This document shows, one piece after another, positions 1 through 9,112 of a stretch of 35,925 nucleotides of DNA (positions are counted from its first letter, which is position 1; every line of letters begins with the position of its first letter). The translations under genes and the position numbers were made by a program. Under the pieces are notes generated by a model that worked only from the letters and a program-made list of their open reading frames with translations, ran no database searches and was not told where the DNA came from. Source of the stretch: Candidatus Nezhaarchaeota archaeon WYZ-LMO8 (GTDB lineage: Archaea; Thermoproteota; Methanomethylicia; Nezhaarchaeales; WYZ-LMO8); assembly GCA_004347965.1 (NCBI GenBank), contig QNVF01000011.1:1-35925 (forward strand), written 5' to 3'.

Positions 1-2
1 TA

Positions 3-542
3 AAAGGTGTTCCTATGATCAAGAGAGTCACTGATGCAGCATTAAAAGTTTCAAGTGAAGTTGTAATCGTCACTAGCAATCGAAGGTTGTCGAGGAATAT
101 AAGTAGCGTAATCGGAGGAGAAGTTACGATAGTTGAAGACGAGGAGAGGGGATGGGGCCCTATAATGGGGGTTCTTACCGGATGCAAGAAGGCACGTGCC
201 GAATACGTAGCCGTTGTCCCATGCGATGTACCTTTCTTAAACCCAAAGGTGTTATTGGAACTTTTTAAGAGAGCTGAAGATCATGATGCTGCGATACCGC
301 TGTGGCCTAATGGGTTCTTAGAGCCCCTTCAATCTGTTTACAGAAGACGAGCAGTGTTAGACGTTGCAGAAGAGCTTATCAAAAGAGGATCGAGATCCAT
401 CGCGCACTTAATAAGTAGCTTAAGAAATGTCGTCTATGTTCCAGTAGAGGAGCTCAAGCTAATGGACGAAAAGCTCTTAACGTTCTTTAATGTAAACACA
501 CCTCGAGACCTGTTAATGGCAGAAGCTACAGAGATTTCATGA
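3..542 (+). CDS. mobA: Molybdenum cofactor guanylyltransferase MobA (5' end outside the window)
   Basis: GPIMGV, VPCDVPF, EPLQSVY and FFNVNTPRDL motifs. The frame is open to the window edge (KGVPMIKRV), and the N-terminal LAGG motif is not in the window. Confidence 0.9.
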   Translation, partial: KGVPMIKRVTDAALKVSSEVVIVTSNRRLSRNISSVIGGEVTIVEDEERGWGPIMGVLTGCKKARAEYVAVVPCDVPFLNPKVLLELFKRAEDHDAAIPLWPNGFLEPLQSVYRRRAVLDVAEELIKRGSRSIAHLISSLRNVVYVPVEELKLMDEKLLTFFNVNTPRDLLMAEATEIS

Positions 543-1071
543 ACGCACTCACTGCATAGATGAGCTTATCTCTATCTCGAGGTAAAATCATGTAGTTGGT
601 ATCGTGATGGCTTTTTTCGATTAGCTCTTCATTGAAAGTGCAATATGCTATTATTGGTTGCTCAGTCCCCTTGATTTTCTCTTCAAGATCCTTAAAATCC
701 TTAAACACTATTATTTTACCTACATCAAATCTTTTAGCTACAAGCCTATGAAAACCCTCCATTATTAGCAAATCTATTTTCAATCCTCCAATTAGCTTTA
801 GAGCCTCCTCAAGGTCTCTCGGCTCTCTCTCAATACTTAAGATAAGACCTGCTTCTAGTGGAGAGATGTAAGTAGTCACTTTAGCTCCCGCACGTCTATG
901 TCTCCAAGTATCGCTACCCTCACTATCAATTGTAAAGTTGGAGTGATGTATATGCTTCATGGTGCCAACTATCAATCCCATCTCCGTAAAGTGTCTTACC
1001 AGCATCTCTACAATACTTGTTTTACCCGATTTCTTGCTTCCAAGAACTGCTATCTTTTTCGTGCCCCTCAC
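526..1071 (-). CDS. mobB: Molybdopterin-guanine dinucleotide biosynthesis protein MobB
   Basis: P-loop GSKKSGKT, MKHIHH, DSEGSDTWRHRRAGA and EGF motifs; converges on mobA with a 17-nt overlap. Confidence 0.9.
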   Translation of the reverse strand: MRGTKKIAVLGSKKSGKTSIVEMLVRHFTEMGLIVGTMKHIHHSNFTIDSEGSDTWRHRRAGAKVTTYISPLEAGLILSIEREPRDLEEALKLIGGLKIDLLIMEGFHRLVAKRFDVGKIIVFKDFKDLEEKIKGTEQPIIAYCTFNEELIEKSHHDTNYMILPRDRDKLIYAVSAFMKSL

Positions 1072-1256
1072 CTATGCCCATTCACACGATTTAAGCTTTA
1101 GTTTGAATATAAGCCTTGATGTGCTAGAGAATTGTGTTTCCAACCTTCACTTTTCTAAGCATTTACGAGAGAGTTTTAGAAATATACAATACCTTTTTTT
1201 ACTCTTACTAACTTTAACTTTTTCTACTGATTACCTGAGGATGGTGGTGAAATCGA

Positions 1257-2210
1257 TTGCTATATGACAAGTACGGTAGACCGATAACGAGCCTTAGGAT
1301 CACGGTAACTCATAGATGTAATTACAGGTGCTTTTATTGCCACATGGAGGGTGAGGAAGGAGAAGAGGTGCTTACAATAGATGATATAATGAGACTTGTG
1401 AAAATCGGCAAAAAGCTTGAAATCGATAAGGTCAAGCTTACTGGAGGAGAACCCCTTATCCGACACGATATAGTCGATATAGTTAAAGCGATAAGCGACG
1501 TGAAGGTGGCTGATTTAGCTATGACCACTAACGGATCATTGCTGGAGGGCCTCGTAGCCAAACTTGTCGAATCCGGTCTAAAGAGGATAAACGTCAGCCT
1601 ACCTTCTCTTAAAAGTGAGGTCTTCGAGAAAATAACTGGCGTGAAAATGCTTGACAAAGTCATAAGTGGCATACTAAAGTCTAAGGATTATAACTTGAAA
1701 CCCATCAAGCTTAACATGGTCCTACTAAAAGGGCTCAATAACGATGAAGTTTGGGAGATGATTGACTTTGCTAGGAAACATGATCTCATACTTCAAATAA
1801 TAGAGCTAGAGCCCTTAGGTATTAGCAACGAACTTTATCGTGAGTATCACATGCCCCTTAACGATATCGAAAAGTGGCTTGAAGAGAGGTCAGTTAAGAT
1901 CGAGGAGAGAAAAAGCATGCATAAGAGGAAACAATACGATTTAGGTGATGTTAGGGTTGAGTTAGTGAGGGCCGTTGATAATCCTGAATTTTGCATGCAC
2001 TGTACTCGACTCAGGGTTACAGCCGATGGAAAACTAAAGCCTTGTCTCATGAGAAATGACAATCTAATCGATGTACTAAGGGCGTTAAGGAAGAGAGCGA
2101 GTGATGAAGAGCTTATTGAGCTATTCATTAGAGCCATTAATGCTCGAGAACCCTACTTCAAGAACAGTTGTAGAGTTGAGAGAGCGAGTGTGAGAGCCAA
2201 GATATGCTAA
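1257..2210 (+). CDS. moaA: GTP 3',8-cyclase MoaA (radical SAM)
   Basis: DKYGR-LRITVT, CNYRCFYC, TGGEP, TTNG and C-terminal CMHC-x13-C; TTG start preceded by a GGTGGTGA RBS. Confidence 0.95.
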   Translation: MLYDKYGRPITSLRITVTHRCNYRCFYCHMEGEEGEEVLTIDDIMRLVKIGKKLEIDKVKLTGGEPLIRHDIVDIVKAISDVKVADLAMTTNGSLLEGLVAKLVESGLKRINVSLPSLKSEVFEKITGVKMLDKVISGILKSKDYNLKPIKLNMVLLKGLNNDEVWEMIDFARKHDLILQIIELEPLGISNELYREYHMPLNDIEKWLEERSVKIEERKSMHKRKQYDLGDVRVELVRAVDNPEFCMHCTRLRVTADGKLKPCLMRNDNLIDVLRALRKRASDEELIELFIRAINAREPYFKNSCRVERASVRAKIC

Positions 2211-2352
2211 TCGACTTGATACGTTACTTTGCTAAACCTATCGTTAACCAATCGTAGCAAATGTTTAACATTATTAAAAGTTAGGCTGGTCGTTAGATCT
2301 AAAAGCTTCTGCCTTGACCAGAGTAGGTGAGGGATTTGAGGTGAGGTAGCTA

Positions 2353-3621
2353 TTGAGGGAAGCTGTAAGAGAGGATTGGAGGAGAGTTCTGAAGCTTACA
2401 TCAATTGATGAAGCGATTAAGAAACTTTTGGAATCTATTGAAATCAAGCCGAGGATCGAGGAAGTAAGCGTGACTGAAAGTCTTCATAGAGTCTTAGCAG
2501 AAGACATTTCATCTAATCAAGACATACCTCCTTACGACTGTGCTTGCTTCGAAGGTTACGCCATTAGATCCAAGGATACCTTAGGAGCTTCGAAGGACAA
2601 CCCGGTTAAAATGAAGATAGTAGGTAAAGCTCTCCCAGGCTTAAAAGAGATTCCAAAGATCGGAGAAAGAGAAGCTGTCTTTCTAGTCACTGGTTCTCCA
2701 ATACCTCCGGGAGCTGATGCTCTTATTAAGGTTGAAGAGGTGAGACTGGAGCAGGGTCACATATTGATCTTCAGAGAGGTGAAGAAGATGGAGAACGTTG
2801 CGATTAAAGGTGAGGATATTAAAGCTGGAGAAGTATTGTTGAGAGCTGGCCACGTCATAAGACCCATAGATATCGGCCTACTCTTGGGACTAGGCTTATC
2901 TAGAGTCAAGGTTTACGCTAAGCCAAGGTTCGCCTTATTATCTATTGGAAAGGAGCTCTACTTGAAGAGCTTAGAGAAGAAGGAGCTACCACCTAATAAC
3001 TATGCTTACGTCATTAAGGGGTTGATTGAGGAGCTTGGCGGTTCAGCCAACATACTAGGCATACTACCGGACGATGTTGATGTAGTTAAGGAGGCCATTT
3101 CAAGTGCTCTTAAAGAGTATGACGTTGTGATAACCATGGGTAGTTGCAGTATAGGTATTAATGACACCGTACCCGATGCTGTAAATATGCTTGGAAAGCC
3201 TGGAGTAATAGTGCATGGGCTCACTTTAAGCCCCGGAAAGCCTGCAGGTTTTGGAGTGTTAAGAGGAAAGCCAATAGTAATGCTACCAGCTCACATAGTC
3301 TCAGCAGTAGCAGCTTTCTACGTACTATGTTTACCCCTACTAGCGGCTATGACTGGGAGGACTATTGAAAAAATTTTGCCATACGTGTATGCTAAGCTTG
3401 AAAGTGATGAAGAACATTGGGGGACTCACAGATTCTTGAGAGCTAAAGTCGAAGATGTGAATGGCGAGATCATCGCAAGACCTATGCACGGCGGGGCAAA
3501 TGTAATGGCAACCCTAGTTAGAGCCAATTACTTTACAATAATCTCACCAAGAACGACTGTTAAGAAAGGTGACAAAGTAAGATTCATGGCTCTTAGCTTG
3601 GCAGATGTTTTACCACAGTAA
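2353..3621 (+). CDS. moeA: Molybdopterin molybdo/tungsto-transferase MoeA family, divergent
   Basis: RVLAEDI, PPYD, GYAIRS, TGSPIPPGAD, GED, PDD and PGKP motifs; several consensus motifs are altered (see findings). TTG start with a GAGGTGAGGT RBS. Confidence 0.88.
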   Translation: MREAVREDWRRVLKLTSIDEAIKKLLESIEIKPRIEEVSVTESLHRVLAEDISSNQDIPPYDCACFEGYAIRSKDTLGASKDNPVKMKIVGKALPGLKEIPKIGEREAVFLVTGSPIPPGADALIKVEEVRLEQGHILIFREVKKMENVAIKGEDIKAGEVLLRAGHVIRPIDIGLLLGLGLSRVKVYAKPRFALLSIGKELYLKSLEKKELPPNNYAYVIKGLIEELGGSANILGILPDDVDVVKEAISSALKEYDVVITMGSCSIGINDTVPDAVNMLGKPGVIVHGLTLSPGKPAGFGVLRGKPIVMLPAHIVSAVAAFYVLCLPLLAAMTGRTIEKILPYVYAKLESDEEHWGTHRFLRAKVEDVNGEIIARPMHGGANVMATLVRANYFTIISPRTTVKKGDKVRFMALSLADVLPQ

Positions 3622-3661
3622 TACTCTCCGATCATCAAGTTCCTTCAAACAGTTCTTCGTC

Positions 3662-4477
3662 TTAATACCCTACAAGAGGTTTTAAGATTTCAATGATGTG
3701 CCTTAAGCTATTCACATCTTGTGCTTGTGGAATGAGACTTAAGTTTATTGGAGTTATAGAGATGTATCCAGATCTCACTGCTTCTACATCGGTGTCTTCA
3801 GAATCCACTGGGTATAGCGATAGGTCCCATCGCGCTATTCTATATCCTCCACAATACTCAGTATGTATATCGGGATATCCCTTCTTTGATGGACGAGTTA
3901 TCTTTATCCCCCTTATGCCATATCGGTAATCAGGAACATTTACCGAGAACAAGTCAACTCCTTCAGGCATGTCCTCATCAATGATCATTTTGGCCAAGGC
4001 TTTTGCAATCTTAGTTGCCAATCTTAACCCGGGATCTTTAAGTGTTTGAGAAGTAATGTTGTCATCAAACTCTCTAGCTATACAGTACGATACTGCTATT
4101 GACGGGATGCCATGTATCGCGGCTTCTATTGCAGCTCCCACAGTCCCGGAGTTTAAAATATCATCGATACCCAAGTTAGGTCCCAAATTTATGCCAGTTA
4201 TGGCGATATCAGGTTTTCTCCTCAGTATTTTGTTTATTGCTATTAGGACAGCATCAGCAGGTGTGCCATCTACTGAATAAACTTCACCACACTGAAGATT
4301 CAATTTCTCAACCTTAATGACCTCACCTACAGTTAATGCTTTTCCTATTCCACTTCTCTCCTTTTTGGGACCTATTACTATGCATTCAAAGTCATTGCTT
4401 AGCTCCTCTCTCAACACATGTATCCCTATGGACTGAACTCCATCATCATTGACCAAGAGAGCTAATGGCTTCTTCAA
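3662..4477 (-). CDS. surE: 5'/3'-nucleotidase SurE
   Basis: NDDG, GTPADAV, GINLGPNLG, SGTVGAAIEA and ISITP motifs. Confidence 0.95.
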   Translation of the reverse strand: MKKPLALLVNDDGVQSIGIHVLREELSNDFECIVIGPKKERSGIGKALTVGEVIKVEKLNLQCGEVYSVDGTPADAVLIAINKILRRKPDIAITGINLGPNLGIDDILNSGTVGAAIEAAIHGIPSIAVSYCIAREFDDNITSQTLKDPGLRLATKIAKALAKMIIDEDMPEGVDLFSVNVPDYRYGIRGIKITRPSKKGYPDIHTEYCGGYRIARWDLSLYPVDSEDTDVEAVRSGYISITPINLSLIPQAQDVNSLRHIIEILKPLVGY

Positions 4478-4479
4478 TT

Positions 4480-5118
4480 CTAATCATCTCTTAACTTCTT
4501 AAGCACCTCTTCAATCTTTACAGCACCTTCTCTGATTACCTTAACCTCTTCATCAACCTCAACGACCGTAGATGGTATTCCTAGCGGGCAGGTACCTCCA
4601 TCTATTACAACGTCAGCCATCTCCTTAAGATAAGGATCGACTTCATTAAGTGATTTAGGAGAGGGCTCGCCAGACTTATTGGCACTTGTCCCAACAATTA
4701 AGCCTCCAACTCCTTCAGCTAAGACCCTCGCAACTAAATGATTGGGGATCCTCAAGCCTACTTTCTGTCTACCCATGGTGATTTTATCAGGAAGAGGGGT
4801 CCTTAACGGTAGGACTATGGTTAATGGACCTGGCCAAAAGGCTCTCATAAGCTTCTCGGCTTTAGGAGGTACTTTAGCTATTGATCTCACAATTTCAATA
4901 CTCGAGACGAGTAGAGGCAACGGTTTTCCTGAGCGACCCTTTAAAGCTAAAAGCTTAGTTAAAGCTTCTTCGTTTAGAGGATCGCAGCCAATACCGTACA
5001 CGGTGTCTGTTGGGTATATCACTATCCCACTGTTCCTTAGAGAGTTCATAGCTGGTTTAAGTGTCTCTTTCACTTCATGCTCCTCTTTAAGCCCTCTAAC
5101 ATCTATAATTAACATCGA
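4480..5118 (-). CDS. tsaC: Threonylcarbamoyl-AMP synthase, single-domain TsaC/YrdC type
   Basis: YPTDTVYG, KGR, FWPGPLT, GTSANKSG, STVV and REGA motifs; no C-terminal Sua5 domain. Start placed at the ATG at 5118 (ORF track starts at 5160). Confidence 0.9.
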   Translation of the reverse strand, partial: SMLIIDVRGLKEEHEVKETLKPAMNSLRNSGIVIYPTDTVYGIGCDPLNEEALTKLLALKGRSGKPLPLLVSSIEIVRSIAKVPPKAEKLMRAFWPGPLTIVLPLRTPLPDKITMGRQKVGLRIPNHLVARVLAEGVGGLIVGTSANKSGEPSPKSLNEVDPYLKEMADVVIDGGTCPLGIPSTVVEVDEEVKVIREGAVKIEEVLKKLRDD

Positions 5119-5177
5119 TAGCACCAGTCTTGAGACCCTATAAATAAGCTTGGTAATCATAAAGTTTGCGGGTACCT

Positions 5178-5588
5178 ATGAGTAGAGGTGTATCCTCTTC
5201 ACTTGCACTTCTAGCATCAATAATGATATTGACGACTCAGATATGCATTAACTTGGCTTTCACAGAAGTTGTGAGCGAAGAGGTTATCAAAAGAGCTAAA
5301 GCAACTGTTGAAGAAGAAGGTTTTAAGATGTTAAGCTTAGTAGTAGTAGTTAACGGCTCATCCCTAGTGGTGGTGAATGGTAGAGATTGTGAACTTTCAA
5401 TAAGTAGCTTGTCATTGTATTGCATTGATGGTAATGTGGTAGATGTTGAGGTAAATTGGAGTATTCCTAGAGGATCCGTTAGCGCCCATCAACTACCCGA
5501 GATTTCTGAGATGTTAACGACTTGCATAGCGATAGGGCTTACATTTAAAGAAGGAAATAAGCTACTACTGCCTTTAAGCAGGGTTTAG
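5178..5588 (+). CDS. Putative type IV pilin-like protein (class III signal peptide)
   Basis: From the ATG at 5178: MSRG|VSSSLALLASIMILTTQICINLAF, i.e. basic residue, Gly and a hydrophobic helix, followed by a beta-rich domain. Confidence 0.5.
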   Translation: MSRGVSSSLALLASIMILTTQICINLAFTEVVSEEVIKRAKATVEEEGFKMLSLVVVVNGSSLVVVNGRDCELSISSLSLYCIDGNVVDVEVNWSIPRGSVSAHQLPEISEMLTTCIAIGLTFKEGNKLLLPLSRV

Positions 5589-6527
5589 CTAAGACGCTAT
5601 TGGAATCTTAAGCTTCTTGATCAGCTCTTTGTACCTATTTCTAACAGTAACCTCAGTCACTTGCGCTGCTCTAGCTATTTCCTTCTGAGTCTTCCTCTCA
5701 CCAGTTAATAGAGAAGCAATGTATATAGCAGCTGCTGCAAGACCAGCTGGATCCTTGCCTGCAGTCAAACCAGATTTTCTAGCTTGCTGTATTATTTCAA
5801 TGGCCTTTCTCTGTAGCACACCACTTAAGCTTAAGGAGCTAACTATTCTAGGTACAAAGTCGACTGGATCAGCTATCGGTATGTTAAGTCTAACATGCCT
5901 TAGCAATAGTCGATAGCATCTAGCAACATCCTTCCTTCCAGCCCTAGTGCAATCTGCTATCTCATCAAGAGTTCTCGGAATTTTGAGCTGCCTACAAGCA
6001 GCATATATGGAGGCTGCCATAACTGACTCTATTGAACGTCCTCTAACGAGACCTGCCTTAACAGCTGCCTTGTATATCTTAAGGGCTTCCTCCTTAACGT
6101 TCTGAGGTAGATTTAATCTGAAAGCTATGCGTTCAAGATGATTAGTTGCCTGCTGGATATTCCTATCTTGTGAAGTCTGGATTCTACTCCTTATTTGCCA
6201 TCGTCTCCACCTAGAAACTTCAAATACTTTTTGAGGGCTTAGTTTATGACCACTTGAATCTCTAGTAGGCCACTGTATAACTGTAGGAGATACTCCTTCA
6301 ACTGAGGCAGTTGAAATTGGAGGGCCAACTCTATCCCTTTTCTCTCTTTCCTCAGGTGTGAATGCTCTCCATTCTGGACCTTGGTCTATGAGCTTTTCAT
6401 CTATGACCAGACCACAATTCATGCATGTAAGCTCCCCACGATCATAACTCCTAATTATATTTGAACTACCACAGTCTGGGCAACGATCAATACCCTTTAC
6501 TTCCACATCAACATTCTTTGCACCCAT
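5589..6527 (-). CDS. tfb: Transcription initiation factor IIB
   Basis: Zn ribbon CPDC/CMNC, GPEWRAF B-reader, two cyclin repeats (GRSIE, GKDPAG) and [13 protein letters not shown]. Confidence 0.98.
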   Translation of the reverse strand: MGAKNVDVEVKGIDRCPDCGSSNIIRSYDRGELTCMNCGLVIDEKLIDQGPEWRAFTPEEREKRDRVGPPISTASVEGVSPTVIQWPTRDSSGHKLSPQKVFEVSRWRRWQIRSRIQTSQDRNIQQATNHLERIAFRLNLPQNVKEEALKIYKAAVKAGLVRGRSIESVMAASIYAACRQLKIPRTLDEIADCTRAGRKDVARCYRLLLRHVRLNIPIADPVDFVPRIVSSLSLSGVLQRKAIEIIQQARKSGLTAGKDPAGLAAAAIYIASLLTGERKTQKEIARAAQVTEVTVRNRYKELIKKLKIPIAS

Positions 6528-6860
6528 AATTTCACCACCAAAAGGTTTCTTGAAATATACATCACCTCATATCTCCAGGTCAAACTTCCAAGGAACTTAC
6601 CTTATACCTCAAATTCTTTTTAGGTAAGGGAAGGTAAGAGCAAGATAAGGTCTATTTAAACTTTTCTACTTTTTTATGGAAAAAGAGATATATAAAGGTT
6701 TTCTGCTGGGGATCACCATAACGAATAGGTTCTTGTTTGGTGCAGAGATGGAACAATTACTCATGTACCTTCCTTCTGCAGATCAGCTATGAATAAGGAT
6801 GCATAATGATGTGAAGTGCTTAGACAAGGCTTGTACGATCTCAAGAGACGAGAGCATTAA

Positions 6861-6870
6861 GATTATAAAG
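6861..6870 (+). promoter_or_regulatory. TATA box of tRNA-Arg(CCT)
   Basis: GATTATAAAG about 23-32 nt upstream of the tRNA 5' end. Confidence 0.55.
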
Positions 6871-6892
6871 GCTCACCTCCTTGTTAGAAGAT

Positions 6893-6988
6893 GGGCCCGT
6901 GGCGCAGTTCGGATAGCGCGGCGACAACTGCAAGGTTGCCGTAGGCCTCCTAAGCCGTTGGTCGGGGGTTCAAATCCCCCCGGGCCCG
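6893..6988 (+). tRNA. tRNA-Arg(CCT) with a 21-nt intron at non-canonical position 29/30 (6924-6944)
   Basis: Acceptor GGGCCCG/CGGGCCC, D arm GCGC/GCGC, T arm GGGGG-TTCAAAT-CCCCC. Removing 6924-6944 restores the anticodon stem GCGGC/GCCGT with loop CT-CCT-AA. CCA is not encoded. Confidence 0.93.
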
Positions 6989-7050
6989 CTAGCTAAAGAT
7001 TTAAAAGCCTTCTTAAAGCTCAAATTGAACTTTGAGGTTGGTGCTAAGGA

Positions 7051-7938
7051 TTGGAGAGAGAGCCCCTAGTCTATATAGATGGAAATCTAGTACCCAAGAG
7101 TCAAGCCAAAATATCAGTCTTCGATCATGGCTTTCTCTATGGTGATGGAGTCTTCGAAAGCGTTATAGTAACTGATGGAGTTGCGTTCAAGTTAAAGGAG
7201 CATATCGACAGGCTGTACGATTCTGCTAAAGCAATATGCATTGACGTCCCTATGAGCAAGGAGGAGATGATAAAGACTATAGTAGATGTAGTGCGTGCCA
7301 ATGGCTTTAAGAACGCCTACATTAGAATCATAGTAACTAGAGGTGTTGGTGATTTAGGCTTAGATCCAAGAAAGTGTTCAAAACCGACTATAGTCATAAT
7401 TGTAGATAAGATAAAACTGTATGACGATGATGTATGGAGCAAGGGGCTCACCACCATAATATCTTCTGTAAGAAGGGATAGAGTGGATGCTACAACTCAC
7501 GAAGTGAAGTCAATGAACTACTTAAACAACATACTAGCCAAAATTGAGGCTAATGCTGTAGGAGCAGATGAAGCAATAATGCTCGATGATAGAGGCTTTG
7601 TTTCTGAGGGCACAGCTGACAACATATTCATTGTTAAGAACGGCGTAATATACACACCGCTAAGAAGCAGTGGTATATTACCAGGAATCACAAGGGCTAG
7701 GGTCATGAAGCTTGCTGAGGAGCTAGGCTATAAAGTTGTTGAGAAAGATATAACACCAGCCGAGCTCTTAACCGCTGATGAAGTCTTCCTAACTGGTACA
7801 GCTGCTGGCATAGTTCCAGTAGTCAAGGTCGCTGGAAGAGTCATAGGCGACGGCAAGCCTGGACCAGTAACAAGGAGACTTTATGAAAAATTCGTGGAGC
7901 TCATGAGGGATCCATCAGAAGGAGTTAAGATATTCTAG
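7051..7938 (+). CDS. ilvE: Branched-chain amino acid aminotransferase (class IV PLP)
   Basis: DHGFLYGDGVFE, HIDRL, KSMNYLNN (PLP Lys), EGTADN, LPGITR and EVFLTGTAA motifs. Confidence 0.95.
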   Translation: MEREPLVYIDGNLVPKSQAKISVFDHGFLYGDGVFESVIVTDGVAFKLKEHIDRLYDSAKAICIDVPMSKEEMIKTIVDVVRANGFKNAYIRIIVTRGVGDLGLDPRKCSKPTIVIIVDKIKLYDDDVWSKGLTTIISSVRRDRVDATTHEVKSMNYLNNILAKIEANAVGADEAIMLDDRGFVSEGTADNIFIVKNGVIYTPLRSSGILPGITRARVMKLAEELGYKVVEKDITPAELLTADEVFLTGTAAGIVPVVKVAGRVIGDGKPGPVTRRLYEKFVELMRDPSEGVKIF

Positions 7939-7953
7939 AGCGATAAATAAGGG

Positions 7954-8706
7954 TTAAGTGTAAACTTCAGCACGTTGATAGAAGGGCTGAATGGATGCTA
8001 CAACTTCTATGGGGAATGGATGCTCTGCCCTCAAGCTCTGAACCCCAGTATCACCGACACTGACCAGAGCGAAGACCCCAGCTACATTAGCCTTCATCTT
8101 CTTTACCAAGCTTATGAGGGCTTGGATAGTACTTCCAGTTCTTATCAGGTCGTCAACTATTAGGACGTCGTCTCTACTCGATAATGCATTTTTTGGAATG
8201 TATAGAGAGGTCATGTATGGACCTGTAGGATAAGATTCCTCTATGTAGTCCCTCACACCCATCTCCTTATGTCTCTTAGCTATTACTAAGGGGACTTCAA
8301 GGATAAGAGCTATTGAAGTGGCTATGGAGACGCCATTGACTGCCGGTGCTAACACTTTTGTTATTCTCTTCCCTGCGAACTTAATCATCACATAATGGGA
8401 TGCTCTCATAAGTATCAGGGGATCGTTGACTATATTGCTCGTGTCAACGTAACCGTAAGGATCAACCGTTATCTTCTCGTATATTACCTGGTGAAACTGC
8501 TCAATTTTATCCAGAGAATCCCAAAGTTTTTTTGCTGTATCATCTCCTGGAAGAACATCTCCCTTAACGTATCTGCAGAGAACAGTCTCAGGAATCCCAG
8601 TTCTTCGGGCAAGCTCACTATAAGAATAAAACTTCTTTAACAACCTTAATCTCTCGATTACCATGAATCTAAACCTTAAGCTTGCTTCACGCCTCCTCGT
8701 AAACAT
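7954..8706 (-). CDS. HTH plus type I phosphoribosyltransferase domain protein (PurR/Apt-like)
   Basis: N-terminal HTH (YSELARRTGIPETVLCRY) and PRPP-binding motif VLIVDDLIRTGST. Confidence 0.85.
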   Translation of the reverse strand: MFTRRREASLRFRFMVIERLRLLKKFYSYSELARRTGIPETVLCRYVKGDVLPGDDTAKKLWDSLDKIEQFHQVIYEKITVDPYGYVDTSNIVNDPLILMRASHYVMIKFAGKRITKVLAPAVNGVSIATSIALILEVPLVIAKRHKEMGVRDYIEESYPTGPYMTSLYIPKNALSSRDDVLIVDDLIRTGSTIQALISLVKKMKANVAGVFALVSVGDTGVQSLRAEHPFPIEVVASIQPFYQRAEVYT

Positions 8707-9031
8707 CTTCCTCCAACTACGCTAGCTTCTACATCCCTCTACGTAATACTTGTAGATCATAAAAATCTTTATTAATTTTTATCTTTTAATTTAATCCGCT
8801 GCTTCAACTTGTACAAAGTCTGTAGTTGCTAATGTGGCTTCTTACAACGTTAGACAATGAAGAGAAAGGAGAGAAGCCCCATTGCTTCACGAAGCATTCA
8901 AAAGCTAGCTTCTCAAACTTTCATTGTTTCAATGCACGATTTTCAAGTTATGAGGGGAGACGTTATGTAGACTTCTTTCATTTGAAGTAAAGTTTATTGG
9001 GATCCAGCTAAGAGTGAGAGAGGAAGGAGTT

Positions 9032-9112
9032 ATGGGAGGAAGACAAAAGACGACATTATTAGAAATGTTTGAGGAGAAGAAAAGCAAAACTGAGAAAAAG
9101 GCTAAAAAGTAG
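9032..9112 (+). CDS. Possible 26-aa microprotein MGGRQKTTLLEMFEEKKSKTEKKAKK, or the 5' part of a pseudogene
   Basis: ATG preceded by purine-rich GAGGAAGGAG; protein-like composition; the frame continues 50 codons past the TAG. Confidence 0.3.
   Translation: MGGRQKTTLLEMFEEKKSKTEKKAKK

Noticed and set aside
2140..2210. MoaA lacks the C-terminal GG motif
   Set aside because: Ending near REPYF without GG is usual for archaeal MoaA as I recall; not a defect.
6799..6996. 65-aa ORF from the track
   Set aside because: Overlaps the tRNA-Arg(CCT) gene; spurious.
8755..9000. Replication origin in the long AT-rich gap
   Set aside because: No repeated ORB elements with G-strings and no adjacent cdc6/orc1; the AT block is explained as the PRTase promoter.
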